DNA of 64,000 bases from NCBI GenBank assembly GCA_963718615.1, contig OY970368.1, positions 832,001-896,000 on the forward strand, read 5' to 3'. Below the pieces are notes generated by a model that did no database searches, was not told the origin of the DNA, and worked only from the letters and a program-made list of their open reading frames with translations. Source of the DNA: an uncultured cyanobacterium. GTDB lineage: Bacteria > Cyanobacteriota > Cyanobacteriia > PCC-9006 > JAAUQQ01. Positions 41,594 to 52,522 of the stretch are shown in pieces (within the stretch, counting starts at the first letter, position 1; every line of letters begins with the position of its first letter). Position numbers and translations under genes: made by a program.

Positions 41594-42571
41594 ATGGCTA
41601 CCCAACCCCGTTCTGACTCCCCTGCTCCGCTCAATACCGATATGGTTCGCACCTATCTGCACGAAATTGGGCGCGTACCGCTGCTGACCCATGAAGAAGA
41701 AATTATCTATGGCAAGCAGGTTCAGCAATTAATGGCCCTGAAAAAGCGGCAAGAGGTGCTTGCTGCGACCCTAGAACGCGATCCAACCGATGAAGAATGG
41801 GCGCAGTCTGTCGGTTTGTCGGTGACAGCACTTAAGCGTGACCTGAAGATCGGTCATCGGGCGAAGCAAAAGATGATTGAAGCGAATCTACGCCTGGTGG
41901 TGTCGATCGCCAAAAAATATCAAAAGCGTAATCTAGAGTTTTTGGATCTGATCCAAGAAGGCTCCATTGGTCTAGAGCGCGGTGTGGAGAAATTTGACCC
42001 GACCAAGGGGTATAAATTCTCGACCTACGCCTATTGGTGGATTCGTCAGGCGATTACGCGGGCGATCGCCCAGCACGCCCGCACGATCCGGCTACCCATC
42101 CACATCACCGAAAAGCTCAACAAGATCAAAAAGTACCAGCGGGAGCTGTCTCAAACCCTGGGCCGCGCCGCTACGGCAGCGGAATTGGCTCAGGAGCTAG
42201 AGCTAGAGCCTGAGCAGGTGCGAGAGTATTTACTCATGGCCCGTCAGCCCGTCTCCCTCGACATTCGCGTGGGGGATAACCAGGACACCGAATTGCGGGA
42301 TCTTCTAGAGGATGAAAATGCTTCTCCGGAAGAGTACACCTGGCAACAGGCGATGAAGCAGGATCTGGCGTCCTTGCTGGCAGAGCTCACGCCCCAACAG
42401 CAAAGCGTTCTGACGCTGCGCTACGGTTTGGATGATGGCAAAGGGCTGTCCTTGGCCAAGGTAGGCGATCGCATGAACCTCAGTCGCGAGCGGGTGCGTC
42501 AGCTAGAGCGTCAGGCCCTCGACCATCTGCGCCGCCGCCGGGGCATGATCCACGAATATATTGCGGGGTAA
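41594..42571 (+). CDS. Group 2 sigma-70 factor (SigB-like)
   Basis: [16 protein letters not shown]...[13 protein letters not shown]...[18 protein letters not shown]...SRERVRQ. Confidence 0.95.
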   Translation: MATQPRSDSPAPLNTDMVRTYLHEIGRVPLLTHEEEIIYGKQVQQLMALKKRQEVLAATLERDPTDEEWAQSVGLSVTALKRDLKIGHRAKQKMIEANLRLVVSIAKKYQKRNLEFLDLIQEGSIGLERGVEKFDPTKGYKFSTYAYWWIRQAITRAIAQHARTIRLPIHITEKLNKIKKYQRELSQTLGRAATAAELAQELELEPEQVREYLLMARQPVSLDIRVGDNQDTELRDLLEDENASPEEYTWQQAMKQDLASLLAELTPQQQSVLTLRYGLDDGKGLSLAKVGDRMNLSRERVRQLERQALDHLRRRRGMIHEYIAG

Positions 42572-42585
42572 GTCAGAGACCTTCC

Positions 42586-43863
42586 ATGGCTCGATTTCTT
42601 CACCTTGCTGACATCCACCTGGGTTTCGATCGCTATGGCAACGCCCAGCGAACCATGGATTTTTTCTACGCCTTTGAAAATGTCCTGGAACGTTATGCCC
42701 TCGAAAACCCAGTGGATTTTGTTCTGATTGTTGGAGATTTGTTCGAACATCAGAACGTCATGCCTGCGGTGCTCAATCAGGCCCAGCTGGCCTTGGAAAT
42801 GCTCAAGGAAGCCAAGATTCCTGTGATTGCGGTGGAGGGGAATCACGACAATCTCCCCTATGGCACCCGCACGAGTTGGCTGCGCTATTTGTCGGATTGG
42901 GACCATCTGATTTTGTTGGAGCCCCAGGATAGCGAAGCACCGGACCAGGTTTTTCAGCCTTGGGATGCGAGCGATCGCCGAGGAGGCTACATCGACCTAG
43001 ATTGCGGTGTACGGGTGATTGGCTCCCGTTGGTACGGAGCTGCTGCCCCCCAGGCCCTAGCCCATTTAGCCTTAAGCCTTCGACAGTTACCCCCCGGTCC
43101 TAGCCATCAGGTGATGTTGGTTCACCATGGACTAGAGGGCCAAATCGCCCGGTACAGCGGAGCGCTGCGCTATAGCGATTTGTTGCCACTCAAGGAAGCT
43201 GGCATTGACTATTTGGCCCTGGGTCATATTCACAAAAATTACGAAGTCGAGGACTGGATTTTTAACCCCGGCTCCCTCGAAGCCAATAGCGTCGCTGAAG
43301 CTCGCAGTCAGATCGCTCGCGGGGCATATTTGGTTGAACTCAATGGCGAAGGGATTCAGGCGGAGCTCAAACAGGACTATACCCAGCGATCGATTCTGCG
43401 GCTGACGTTGGATGTGAAAAAGGACTGGAGTTTGGAGAAACTGGAGCAGGAGGCGATCGCCCAGGTCCAGCAAGCCGCGACCCAAGAGAAAACCCAGGAG
43501 GCGATCGTCGAGCTGCGCATTCGGGGCCAAGTTGGGTTTAATCGACTGGATTTGAAGGTGAGGGACTTGAAGGAGCAGCTTCAGCAGGTGAGCCAAGCGC
43601 TGATTTTTTTGTTGAAGTACGAAGTGACAGGAACTGAATATGCCACGCCCATGGGGCAGGGAGAGACGCGATCGCGTCTAGAAATTGAACACACGGTGTT
43701 TCAGGATTTTTTAACGGCTTACACCGCCTATGGAGAAGATCCCGCTGTGCTTGATGCCCTAACCCGTGGACTGATGGATTTGAAGGACAAAATTTTAGAA
43801 GGGCGGGAAGAGGCCGATCTCTATCAGCAGGTTGAGAAGCTGTTATCTGATGCTCAGCTCTAA
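42586..43863 (+). CDS. sbcD: SbcD/Mre11-like DNA repair exonuclease
   Basis: HLADIHLG, GDLF, GNHD, ALGHIH and NPGSLE motifs. Confidence 0.85.
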   Translation: MARFLHLADIHLGFDRYGNAQRTMDFFYAFENVLERYALENPVDFVLIVGDLFEHQNVMPAVLNQAQLALEMLKEAKIPVIAVEGNHDNLPYGTRTSWLRYLSDWDHLILLEPQDSEAPDQVFQPWDASDRRGGYIDLDCGVRVIGSRWYGAAAPQALAHLALSLRQLPPGPSHQVMLVHHGLEGQIARYSGALRYSDLLPLKEAGIDYLALGHIHKNYEVEDWIFNPGSLEANSVAEARSQIARGAYLVELNGEGIQAELKQDYTQRSILRLTLDVKKDWSLEKLEQEAIAQVQQAATQEKTQEAIVELRIRGQVGFNRLDLKVRDLKEQLQQVSQALIFLLKYEVTGTEYATPMGQGETRSRLEIEHTVFQDFLTAYTAYGEDPAVLDALTRGLMDLKDKILEGREEADLYQQVEKLLSDAQL

Positions 43864-43990
43864 AATTCGACGCTACAATATTCGCCTCTAATCCTCAGCT
43901 AAAGTTAATAGATTTCCTGCACGAATCGGAACTCGCAATGTGGCTATAGGGGTTCTAGCCTTTAAATATGGGTTCGTGCAAGAGGTCTAA

Positions 43991-45350
43991 TCAGCTAAAG
44001 TTCAGCTGAAGCACCAATGTGCCATATACTGCAACACCGGCTTTAAGTGCAGGTTCGAATTGCCAATCCTGAAGCAGACAGCTTACCGCTGATTGGGTCT
44101 CGGGGCTGACTGAAGGGGGCGTTAGTGTATCAACCAATTGGTCAAATGCTCCCTGATTTGTAATCAAAACAACCACTTTGGCTTCCCTATCAAATTCTCC
44201 TAAGGAGAGCCGGTTCACTAAGTCATCGCATTTTGTTGAGGTTGCTGGGTCTAGACTAATCGGCACTTCTTTCCAAAACAAACTCGGAGCCGCTAACTGA
44301 TCCGGTATATCTTTCCTATTTCTCGCCCAGCTATCCGATTCGAGCACTGACAACCCTACAGTCAAAGATCTGGAACCGGAGCCGTTATCTGAGTTATTCT
44401 CTGAAGTCTTTTCAGGCTCTTCCGTCTCAATTTCAGATGAATGCGCTCCAGACGGTTTGGGGTCGGGCGTAACCACCGGGGAGGTCGGTTGGGAGGGAGC
44501 GCCGTCCTCGGTGGGCGTCTCGTCCGCTGAAGAAGGTCTAGGCGCTGGATCAACATCTCCTTCTATACCAGGCTTAGGCAAGCGTTGATTGCCCTGGGAT
44601 TCTACATCCTGAGTCGCGGAATTCGGGTTAGCGGCAGATCCAGGGGCAGCAGAATTGGGAGCGGTTGATGTTGAGGGCGCTGTTGCTGAATCCGCTGTCG
44701 AACCTGGCTCAGGAGCAGAGTTAGGTCGGTTTTCAGGATTAGAGGGGGGGGGGAGGATTAGGGCGATCGGGATTTGGGCGATCGGGCATTTGGGCAGCGG
44801 CAGACTCCTTGGGCTTAGCATCCGTGGACGGGATAGAAGCCGGAATGGGAATCTTCGGAATACTAAAGGGAAAACGGGGCTTTGTCTCGCTAGGTTTGGG
44901 GTCGGTGGATTCAGCTGCTGGAGGGAACTCCTGAACCGGTAGCGTTTTCGGTGTTGAGGGCGTTAGCGGTTTCGTTAAAGTCTGAGGGGGAATAGCGCTC
45001 AGGGGTTTAGGCTGGGCCACCGTTTTTTGCCTGTCTGGGTCGGGAGGGGATGAGGCGGGCTCCGCAAAACTAGGCTCGGCTGCAACTGGGGGCAGAGGCA
45101 TTTGCTCCATCGCCTGGGCGAGCAAGGCCTCCGGCGGCACAGTGACTTCGATCAAATCAATGGGGTTAGCCCCGGTTGAGCCCGATGGAGACATCCACTG
45201 AAATTCAAAAAACCAGGGGAAAATCGAACCCAGCAGGACATGACCCAGCGTCGAGACCAAGGCGTACACCGTCCACTGTAACGGCGTGATGCGGCCATAG
45301 CGCTGACGAAATTGTTTGGCTGAAAAAGATTTGCTGGAAGATGCAGTCAC
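43991..45350 (-). pseudogene. Pro-rich TonB-like protein, frameshifted at a G10 tract (44744-44753)
   Basis: N-part has a TM helix (ALVSTLGHVLL) and a Pro-rich linker. C-part ends CLLQDWQFEPALKAGVAV. Removing one G fuses the two frames. Confidence 0.75.
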
Positions 45351-45455
45351 GGACAAAGCCTGGGTTCGTGAACGGCAGAAGAACCTTCTCCAGTATCAGC
45401 CGAAGGCGATCGATTTGACCATGGTGGGGCACCCCAAACCCAGGGAAATTTGTGA

Positions 45456-46994
45456 CTAGGCGACATGGCTTACGGATGCTAAACCGTAAAGGGCAAGACG
45501 ATTACGGCCTGCTTCCTTTGCTTTGTAGAGGGCTTTGTCGGCTTGATCGAGCAAATCTTGAGCGGTTTGTTCGGGCTCAGGACAAAAGCTAGCAACCCCC
45601 AAGCTCAAGGTCACCACTTCCGCAGTGGTGGAACCACTATGGGGAATCTGGAGGCCATAGATTTGCTTGCGAATGGCTTCGGCAATATGGGCGGCACCGC
45701 TTAAATGGGTACGCGGCAAAATAATTGCAAATTCTTCGCCACCATAGCGTGCCACTAGATCATCCGGTCGTTTGATGACCTGCTGAAGTGCTCGGGCCAC
45801 GCTCTTGAGACAATCATCCCCGGCTAAATGTCCATAGGTGTCGTTGTAGCGTTTGAAGTGATCAACATCACATAAGATCACCCCTAAGAAGCTTTGCTCT
45901 CGCCGCGCTTCGCGCCATTGGAGATCGAGGTATTGATTGAAATTGCGGCGATTGGCAAGCTGAGTTAAGCCATCAAGGGTGGCCAGGCGCTCCAATTCTC
46001 GGTTGGCTTTTTGGAGCTGTTTGTAGAGCTCGGCCTGTTGAATGGCGATCGCCAATTGACTCGCCAAGGCCTCCGCTGATTTAATCTCTAACTCCTGCCA
46101 AGGCGAAGGCTGCTGACGCAGCAGGCTTAAGCAACCCCACACCTGATGATTAACCTCCAGCGGCACAATGAGCCAAGACCCCGTCGATTTTTTGGCCAGC
46201 GTTTGGTGAATGTGATCAATTAGCTGCCCCGCATTGTCCAGGCAGATCATTTCGCTATTTTTGAGCTTGGCCGTAATCGGGTTGCCCTCATCCGGCATGG
46301 AGGGATAAAGATGGTTATCCCCTTCAGGAGACTGACGATACTCTGCCACCGGTAGCCAAATATGCTCCAGGGGTCGGTAATCCATGATGCTGGCAAAATC
46401 CAGGTGTAGAAGCCGCCCGATCTCGGAGACCGCCGTAAAAAAGACCGTTTGCAAGTCCATTGATTTATGAATCTCTTGAATGACTCGATTGAGTGCCTGT
46501 TCCTTTTGAGCCTGACTGACCAGGGACATCTCTGATTTTTTGCGCCGGGTAATTTCTTGCTGAAGGGTTTCATTTTTACTTTGAAGTTGGCGCTGTAGCA
46601 AACAGATTTGAATTTGATTCTCAACCCGTGCCAAGACCTCAGCAAACTCAAAGGGTTTCGTGACAAAATCTACCCCGCCGACATTAAAGGCTTTGACCTT
46701 ATCGAGGGTGTCATTGAGGGCGCTTAAAAAAATAATCGGGATATGTCGGGTGGAGTGATCTGCCTTGAGCCGCTGACAAACCTCATATCCGTCCATCCCA
46801 GCCATGCGGATATCCAACAAAATCAAATCGGGTAGACGTTGCTCAATGGCTTTAAGCGCGAGACCGCCGCTGGCAACGCGCTGCACCTTATAGCCCTGAC
46901 TATTCAGCATAATGGAGAGCAATCGCAGGGTATGCGGCTGATCGTCAACCAGCAAAATTTCTGCTTTCGCTTCTGAAATCTGAGGAAAGTTCAT
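45456..46994 (-). CDS. REC-GAF-GGDEF diguanylate cyclase
   Basis: ILLVDD...LLDIRM receiver domain, a GAF region, then DVDHFKRYND...RYGGEEF with an RPDD I-site. Confidence 0.95.
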   Translation of the reverse strand: MNFPQISEAKAEILLVDDQPHTLRLLSIMLNSQGYKVQRVASGGLALKAIEQRLPDLILLDIRMAGMDGYEVCQRLKADHSTRHIPIIFLSALNDTLDKVKAFNVGGVDFVTKPFEFAEVLARVENQIQICLLQRQLQSKNETLQQEITRRKKSEMSLVSQAQKEQALNRVIQEIHKSMDLQTVFFTAVSEIGRLLHLDFASIMDYRPLEHIWLPVAEYRQSPEGDNHLYPSMPDEGNPITAKLKNSEMICLDNAGQLIDHIHQTLAKKSTGSWLIVPLEVNHQVWGCLSLLRQQPSPWQELEIKSAEALASQLAIAIQQAELYKQLQKANRELERLATLDGLTQLANRRNFNQYLDLQWREARREQSFLGVILCDVDHFKRYNDTYGHLAGDDCLKSVARALQQVIKRPDDLVARYGGEEFAIILPRTHLSGAAHIAEAIRKQIYGLQIPHSGSTTAEVVTLSLGVASFCPEPEQTAQDLLDQADKALYKAKEAGRNRLALYGLASVSHVA

Positions 46995-47689
46995 GCGCTA
47001 CCACGAGGACCGACCGAATCAGAACACAATGATCTGTGAAAAGAACAAGCTCCCGCACTGAAATGGAGTCGTTGCCAAATCAGTACATGGGCCATTTGAT
47101 CATAGGAGAAGGACTCTTGCTTCCGCTAAGGTTTGAGGGGAGCGAGATTGGTGGATACCCCTGGTACTGGCCGCTATACGGGTTCTAACCTAGAGTGCCC
47201 TTAGGGGTACTAATTCGTTGCGATCGCCCATGAAGAGTTTATGGTTCTAATGGTAAAAAAAGAACTTCGAGCTTCGCTAAAATTACTGATATTAAAAATC
47301 ATGGGCATTAAAAAAACTGACAGCTTCCTAGAGGTTTATCTCAAGGATCTGTCAGCCTTCTTTTTGTGCCCATGGGGCTGGTCATGAGCGCTTTCAAGGC
47401 TCAGCCTAAGGGATAAGCGGCTCCCATTGCCCAAATCAGGAGTAAGCCAATTGACCCCAAAATAACAATGGCTGAGAGCACAACAGCGATGGTGTGGTCT
47501 GCACCCCGAAATTTCATAATGCCGCGATTCAGATCGGTCATGACTCGTCTCTCTCGTCTTCAACACATCTTTAACACAATGGCTTGACAATAGGCTTGAT
47601 AAAAGCCTCAAGCCCTCCCATGGTAACGGCAGAGATTTGGAACCCCACAAAACTGAATTAGATTTTAATGGTTTTCTCAGAAAGCCGGG

Positions 47690-47736
47690 GGGGTAATGGC
47701 TGGGGTATTGATGGCTGGGGTGTTGATGGCTGGGGA
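47690..47736. repeat. 15-bp imperfect tandem repeat x3
   Basis: ggggtaatggct ggggtattgatggct ggggtgttgatggct gggg. Confidence 0.7.
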
Positions 47737-47924
47737 CGCGCGATCGCGATCTTTTCCCTAAGACTCTCCCCCTTTACCATTGACACACCTCATACTTCTC
47801 TATAGATAAGCCTAAGGGAATGATTTAGGGCGAGCTTACCGAACTTGCCAGTTCGCTCAATAATGTCTATGGTTGAGGGTGGAATGTAAAGATACGTTAT
47901 CCATCCATCACACCTTCCTTTGTG

Positions 47925-48377
47925 ATGTCCCATTCTTCCGCACCTCTACCTCCATCCTTGGAGAAAATAGTTCATAAGTTTCAGCGACAGGCAGAACCAA
48001 AGCGGCGCTATGAAATGCTGATTTGGTTTGCCAAAAAGCTGAAACCCATGCAGGAGGACTCTAAGGTTCCAGAAAATCGAGTTCAGGGATGCGTTTCCCA
48101 AGTTTTTATTTCTGCCATCTTAGAGGACGGTAAGTTAATTTACAGTGGTGACTCGGATTCACAACTGGTAAAGGGTTTGGTGGCTGTTTTGGTAGAAGGA
48201 CTCAACGGTCTGCCTCCTGCGGCAGTGCTGGCGTTGACCCCTGATTTTATCCAAGACATGGGGCTCAACGTGAGTTTGACTCCGTCTCGGGCCAATGGGT
48301 TCTACAATATTTTCCAGATGATGAAAAATAAAGCCTCTCTCTACCAAGCAGCAAGTGCTGCCATCCCCAATGGTTGA
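47925..48377 (+). CDS. sufE: Cysteine desulfuration protein
   Basis: NRVQGCVSQV...GDSDSQLVKGL...LTPSRANGF. Confidence 0.95.
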   Translation: MSHSSAPLPPSLEKIVHKFQRQAEPKRRYEMLIWFAKKLKPMQEDSKVPENRVQGCVSQVFISAILEDGKLIYSGDSDSQLVKGLVAVLVEGLNGLPPAAVLALTPDFIQDMGLNVSLTPSRANGFYNIFQMMKNKASLYQAASAAIPNG

Positions 48378-48946
48378 ATCTCTCTGATGGTTGCCAGTTT
48401 TTACAGGGAATAGTTTTTTGTCCGATGCATCCTAGGTTGGCAACTGGGATTTAGGACTCTGGCTCGTTTCAGTCGCTTAAAACTACTCTCTGTTTGGCTT
48501 CCTGCTTTTCCTCAACTCGGGTATTCACTTCTACGCATCTCAATGACTGCTTTGTCCAATTTTTTGTCACGCGGGTGGCGACTAACCCGCTTGTCGGTTT
48601 CTTTACGGGAAGGCGATCGCCTGATTCTGCGCGCGATCGCCCATAACCTACAGCATCGTGGACTACCAGGCAGCCCTATCGCCACAGCTGCCCCATTACC
48701 AAGTTTCATTCCCCTTTTTCAGAGGAGAACTGAAAACCCTGGGGTTTGCCCATGCAACCCCATTCCCTATCGCTTGTCCGCACGTCCCCATTAAAGGGGT
48801 GTCAGACAACGAACCAATTCATCTTTCTGCTGTGCGGTATTTCAAACTTCTCACCGTTTTTGGAGCGGTTCAAGAAGGCCGATTTCAGGAAGTTTAGCAT
48901 TGGGTTACTTCATGACTCTTAGCCTAAGGAAACAACAACAACATCC

Positions 48947-49585
48947 ATGACACTATCGATTTCTCCTGATGCAATTCGCACCCAGTCGATCCGGACTGAA
49001 GCTCGGCCCCGTGTTTCCGAAGAGGAAATGATGCAAGCTGTGCGGACTTTGCTAATCGGATTGGGAGAAGATCCGGACCGAGAGGGGTTGCTAGATACAC
49101 CAAAGCGGGTGGTCAAAGCATTAAAGTTTTTAACCTCGGGATACACCCAAAATCTAGACGAAGTGGTCAATGATGCGATTTTCCACGAAGGGTCTAGCGA
49201 GATGGTTTTGGTGCGAGACATTGACTTGTTTAGTTCCTGTGAACACCACATTTTGCCCATCATTGGTAAGGCCCATGTTGCCTACATTCCCAATGGCCGG
49301 GTGATTGGCTTGTCCAAAATTGCTCGCATTTGTGAGATGTATGCCCGTCGTTTGCAAGTGCAAGAGCGCCTAACCGCTCAAATTGCCGATGGTCTCCAAG
49401 AAGCGCTGAATCCTAAGGGTGTAGCGGTGGTGATTGAAGCAACGCATATGTGCATGGCTATGCGAGGGGTTCAAAAACCGGGTTCTTGGACTGCAAGCAG
49501 CGCCATGCGCGGAATTTTTGCGGAGAATGACCAAAAGCGGCGGGAGTTCATGGATATGATCCGTCATAACCCTAGCTTCCAATAG
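48947..49585 (+). CDS. folE: GTP cyclohydrolase I
   Basis: [16 protein letters not shown]...SCEHH...RLQVQERLT...HMCMAMRGV. Confidence 0.97.
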   Translation: MTLSISPDAIRTQSIRTEARPRVSEEEMMQAVRTLLIGLGEDPDREGLLDTPKRVVKALKFLTSGYTQNLDEVVNDAIFHEGSSEMVLVRDIDLFSSCEHHILPIIGKAHVAYIPNGRVIGLSKIARICEMYARRLQVQERLTAQIADGLQEALNPKGVAVVIEATHMCMAMRGVQKPGSWTASSAMRGIFAENDQKRREFMDMIRHNPSFQ

Positions 49586-49641
49586 ATTGCTTCCAGGATC
49601 CGACTTCTCAAACAGGGTCTTGATTTAAAAGGCTCGACATT

Positions 49642-49674
49642 AAAGGCTCGATATCCCAGGATATTGAGCCTTTG
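49642..49674 (+). terminator. Hairpin/terminator after folE
   Basis: aaaggctcgatatc-ccag-gatattgagccttt. Confidence 0.65.
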
Positions 49675-50287
49675 ATTTATCCCCTTGGGCAGGGGGTTTA
49701 AGCGGTTTCGTCCTCTTCGATTTTGAACTGGGGTCGTTTGGCCTCTAGGGCACTATAAAGGCCTGACGGATTTGGGGTGTGGGAAGGCGCGCTACGGGTG
49801 GACGTATTGTTTTTATGCTGTGGCGAAACGCTCTGTCCTTGAAGTTGGTCGAGCACAGGATGATACAGCAGAGTCAGGAGGCAGGAGCAGCCTGTCAAGA
49901 GCAGAAAATCGAAATCCTTCGTGCGCAGGGGCAAGCGGGATACAGCAGCAACGGGAAAGGGGTACCGGGGGGCCATGGGCCAATTCATCACTCAAAACGA
50001 CAACAGTGAACCAAACGAGTCCCCTGAATCGAGACGCCCAGATCTTGATTGTCAAATCTCAAATGGAGGACGCGCAATCAGGGCTATTAGTTTAGCGGAG
50101 AATTTTCTCAATCCGCCATGGGGAAGATCCGCAGATCGGAAGCAAAGGGTCGAGAGTTTGGGGAAAAGTCTCTGTTCTGAAGACGCAGCCTGTCTTTATA
50201 GGGTTCCACCCTGTCCCTCCAAAGAATCAGTTCCTCAAATCAGTTTCCACAATAAAGTCCTAAAAGCCATTTCGACCCAGATTCACC

Positions 50288-51751
50288 TTAATCCCGCACC
50301 GATTCAGCTGAGGGCAAGGCTTCCAGGGATTCGCTGGGGTCTGGATTCAGGGGATTGTAGTAGCTTGCGATGAGACCCACGGTCAGCCACCAAAGGGTCT
50401 GGACTTCCGGTCGGTACCAGACGGTATCAAATAAACCTTGGCCCAATTCTCCTGGAATGATGGCGAGGGCTGCGATGAGCCAAAAGATTTGGGGATTGGC
50501 GCGATCGCGCAGGGATTGAAGCGATCGCCACCCCTGACTCACCGTCACCACCAAGAACCAAAGGAAACAGGCAAACCCAATAAAGCCTGTTTCGACCAGG
50601 GTTTCGAGGAAAATGGAGTAGGAGCTCAAGGCCGTAAAGCGAGGACGCTGATAGAGCGGGTAAATGGAGTTAAAGGCTTTATTGCCGGGTCCAATTCCCA
50701 AAACGGGACGATCTTTAATCATCTCGACAACGGCGGCCCAGACATTGAAGCGAAAGTTATTGCTGCTGTCTTCCCGACCGACAAACATGCTCATTACCCG
50801 CATTCGCAGCGGCGGTAGAGCAACCACTGCTGCCACGACAAAAACCGCCCCCGCTCCCAGCACCATGGGGATGGCCCAGCGTCGCCAGAAGGCATTCCAG
50901 TGGACACTCCAGTACACCATCAGCAGCAGCGCTAGGGTAGCCAAGGTCAGAAGCAACCCAATCCAGCCTCCTCGGCTATAGGTCAGTACCAGACAGGCAC
51001 TATTGGTCAAAACCATGAGGGCAGCCAGGGCTCGCGGTCCCCGCTGTCGCCAGAGGAAAAACGCCGCGATGCTAAAGGCGACCGCAGGCAAAAGGTAGGC
51101 GGACAGCAAGTTGGGGTTGCCGAGAAAGCTGTACACCCGTGTGGTGGAAGCCTGTTCCGAGGTGGGGTCTACCCAGGTTGCCAGGGCTTTGGCCCCAAAG
51201 AAATATTGGCGGATCCCATAGACCGAGACCAGTTGGCTGATCAGGAGATAAAGGGTGATGGTCCAGTTGCGGAGGGGGGGCGATCGCAACACCCGCGCCA
51301 CCAACAAAAACATCAAGAGGTAAAGGCTAAATTTCACCAGGCCAGCAGCAGCAGCCATTTTGACCGGCGAAAGCCCCGTCGCAACCAGCATCACGCCCCA
51401 AAACAGGGCCACCATCAAATGGATGGGGGTGAGCCCCTGACCTGGCTTGTCGGAAAGGGTCAAGAGCAACCACAGGGCACCGCAGGCAAACAGCAGCAGT
51501 CCGGTGAGCGAATTGGGCACAAAGCAGGCCAACCCCAGCACCAGACAGAGCAAAATCGCCCCCAGGGTTTCGCCATGCTGCATCAGTAGGCTGCTGTTGC
51601 GCCAGGGTTCAACTAAACCGACGGTGTGACGGTGTAGCCAGCTGCCGCGCTGCCATTGAGTAATGGAGATACGGCCCAGGGATAAGGATTGCCAGAGGGA
51701 TTCCATAGATGGCCCCGCCAAGGAACGGTAGAGTGAGGGATCGGTCGCCAT
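50288..51751 (-). CDS. ictB: IctB-family membrane protein (O-antigen polymerase-like)
   Basis: LATWVDPTS...RVYSFLGNPNLL...GREDSSNNFR...GIGPGN...DTVWYRP. Confidence 0.93.
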   Translation of the reverse strand: MATDPSLYRSLAGPSMESLWQSLSLGRISITQWQRGSWLHRHTVGLVEPWRNSSLLMQHGETLGAILLCLVLGLACFVPNSLTGLLLFACGALWLLLTLSDKPGQGLTPIHLMVALFWGVMLVATGLSPVKMAAAAGLVKFSLYLLMFLLVARVLRSPPLRNWTITLYLLISQLVSVYGIRQYFFGAKALATWVDPTSEQASTTRVYSFLGNPNLLSAYLLPAVAFSIAAFFLWRQRGPRALAALMVLTNSACLVLTYSRGGWIGLLLTLATLALLLMVYWSVHWNAFWRRWAIPMVLGAGAVFVVAAVVALPPLRMRVMSMFVGREDSSNNFRFNVWAAVVEMIKDRPVLGIGPGNKAFNSIYPLYQRPRFTALSSYSIFLETLVETGFIGFACFLWFLVVTVSQGWRSLQSLRDRANPQIFWLIAALAIIPGELGQGLFDTVWYRPEVQTLWWLTVGLIASYYNPLNPDPSESLEALPSAESVRD

Positions 51752-51772
51752 TATGCCATTAGGGTGGGGTCT

Positions 51773-52405
51773 CTAAACACGGGTAAACAGGATTCGATAA
51801 ACCGGTTCGCCTCTGTTTTGGGTGGCAATTTCTCGTTCGGTGGGAACGGGGAGAGGGCTTTCGGCTAGCCAGGTGGGGGATTGACTTTGGAAGTGGGGAT
51901 GTTCGGCGAAGCGATCGCGCATCTCTCGCGCCACCCCCTCCACATCCGACTGCAAAAACACAACGGCTCCCTTGGGCATACCTGCGGCTAACTGCTGTAC
52001 CAACTCCGGCTGGACGACGCGGCGTTTTTGATGGCGCTTTTTGAACCAAGGATCGGGAAACTGAATGCTGACCCGCTGTAATCGGCCAGGGGGCAGGGAA
52101 TGTAGCAACGGTTCAAGGGAGGTATTGATATTGCAGAAAAGAAAATGAAGGTTTTTCAGTTCTGCTTCGTCTCGCCACTGATTCGCGGCATCAACCAGGG
52201 GCTGACGAATTTCAATGCCGAGAAAATTCCAGTCTGGGGCTAGGGGCGAAAACTGTTGTAAAAACCGTCCCCGAGCACAGCCAATATCGAGATGTAAGGG
52301 CCGCTGCAAATTGTCAAAAATCTGGCCCCAGTCGGGTGGAGCCAAGGCGGTTTGAAATTTGCTGGACAACGGATTGACATGCTGACGCACACGCACAACG
52401 GACAA
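51773..52405 (-). CDS. trmB: tRNA (guanine-N7)-methyltransferase
   Basis: RVRQHVNPL...LDIGCARG...QFPDPWFKKRHQKRR...TERE. Confidence 0.96.
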   Translation of the reverse strand: MSVVRVRQHVNPLSSKFQTALAPPDWGQIFDNLQRPLHLDIGCARGRFLQQFSPLAPDWNFLGIEIRQPLVDAANQWRDEAELKNLHFLFCNINTSLEPLLHSLPPGRLQRVSIQFPDPWFKKRHQKRRVVQPELVQQLAAGMPKGAVVFLQSDVEGVAREMRDRFAEHPHFQSQSPTWLAESPLPVPTEREIATQNRGEPVYRILFTRV

Positions 52406-52522
52406 GGGGAACCTCCTGCAATTATGACTGCACCTACAATGGAACCTTGCTCCTGAATTTCCCCACTCCTTTCTTCAGCTTGCTTCAGCGAATAGTCTAC
52501 CGCTTGCCTTTTCTCGAAAACC

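Noticed and set aside
48400-48946. Folate-related riboswitch in the long folE leader
   Set aside because: Only a weak hairpin near 48776-48810, with no recognisable consensus.
49698-50373. Several overlapping small ORFs between folE and ictB
   Set aside because: No recognisable family. 49698-49991 (-) may be real but cannot be supported from sequence alone.
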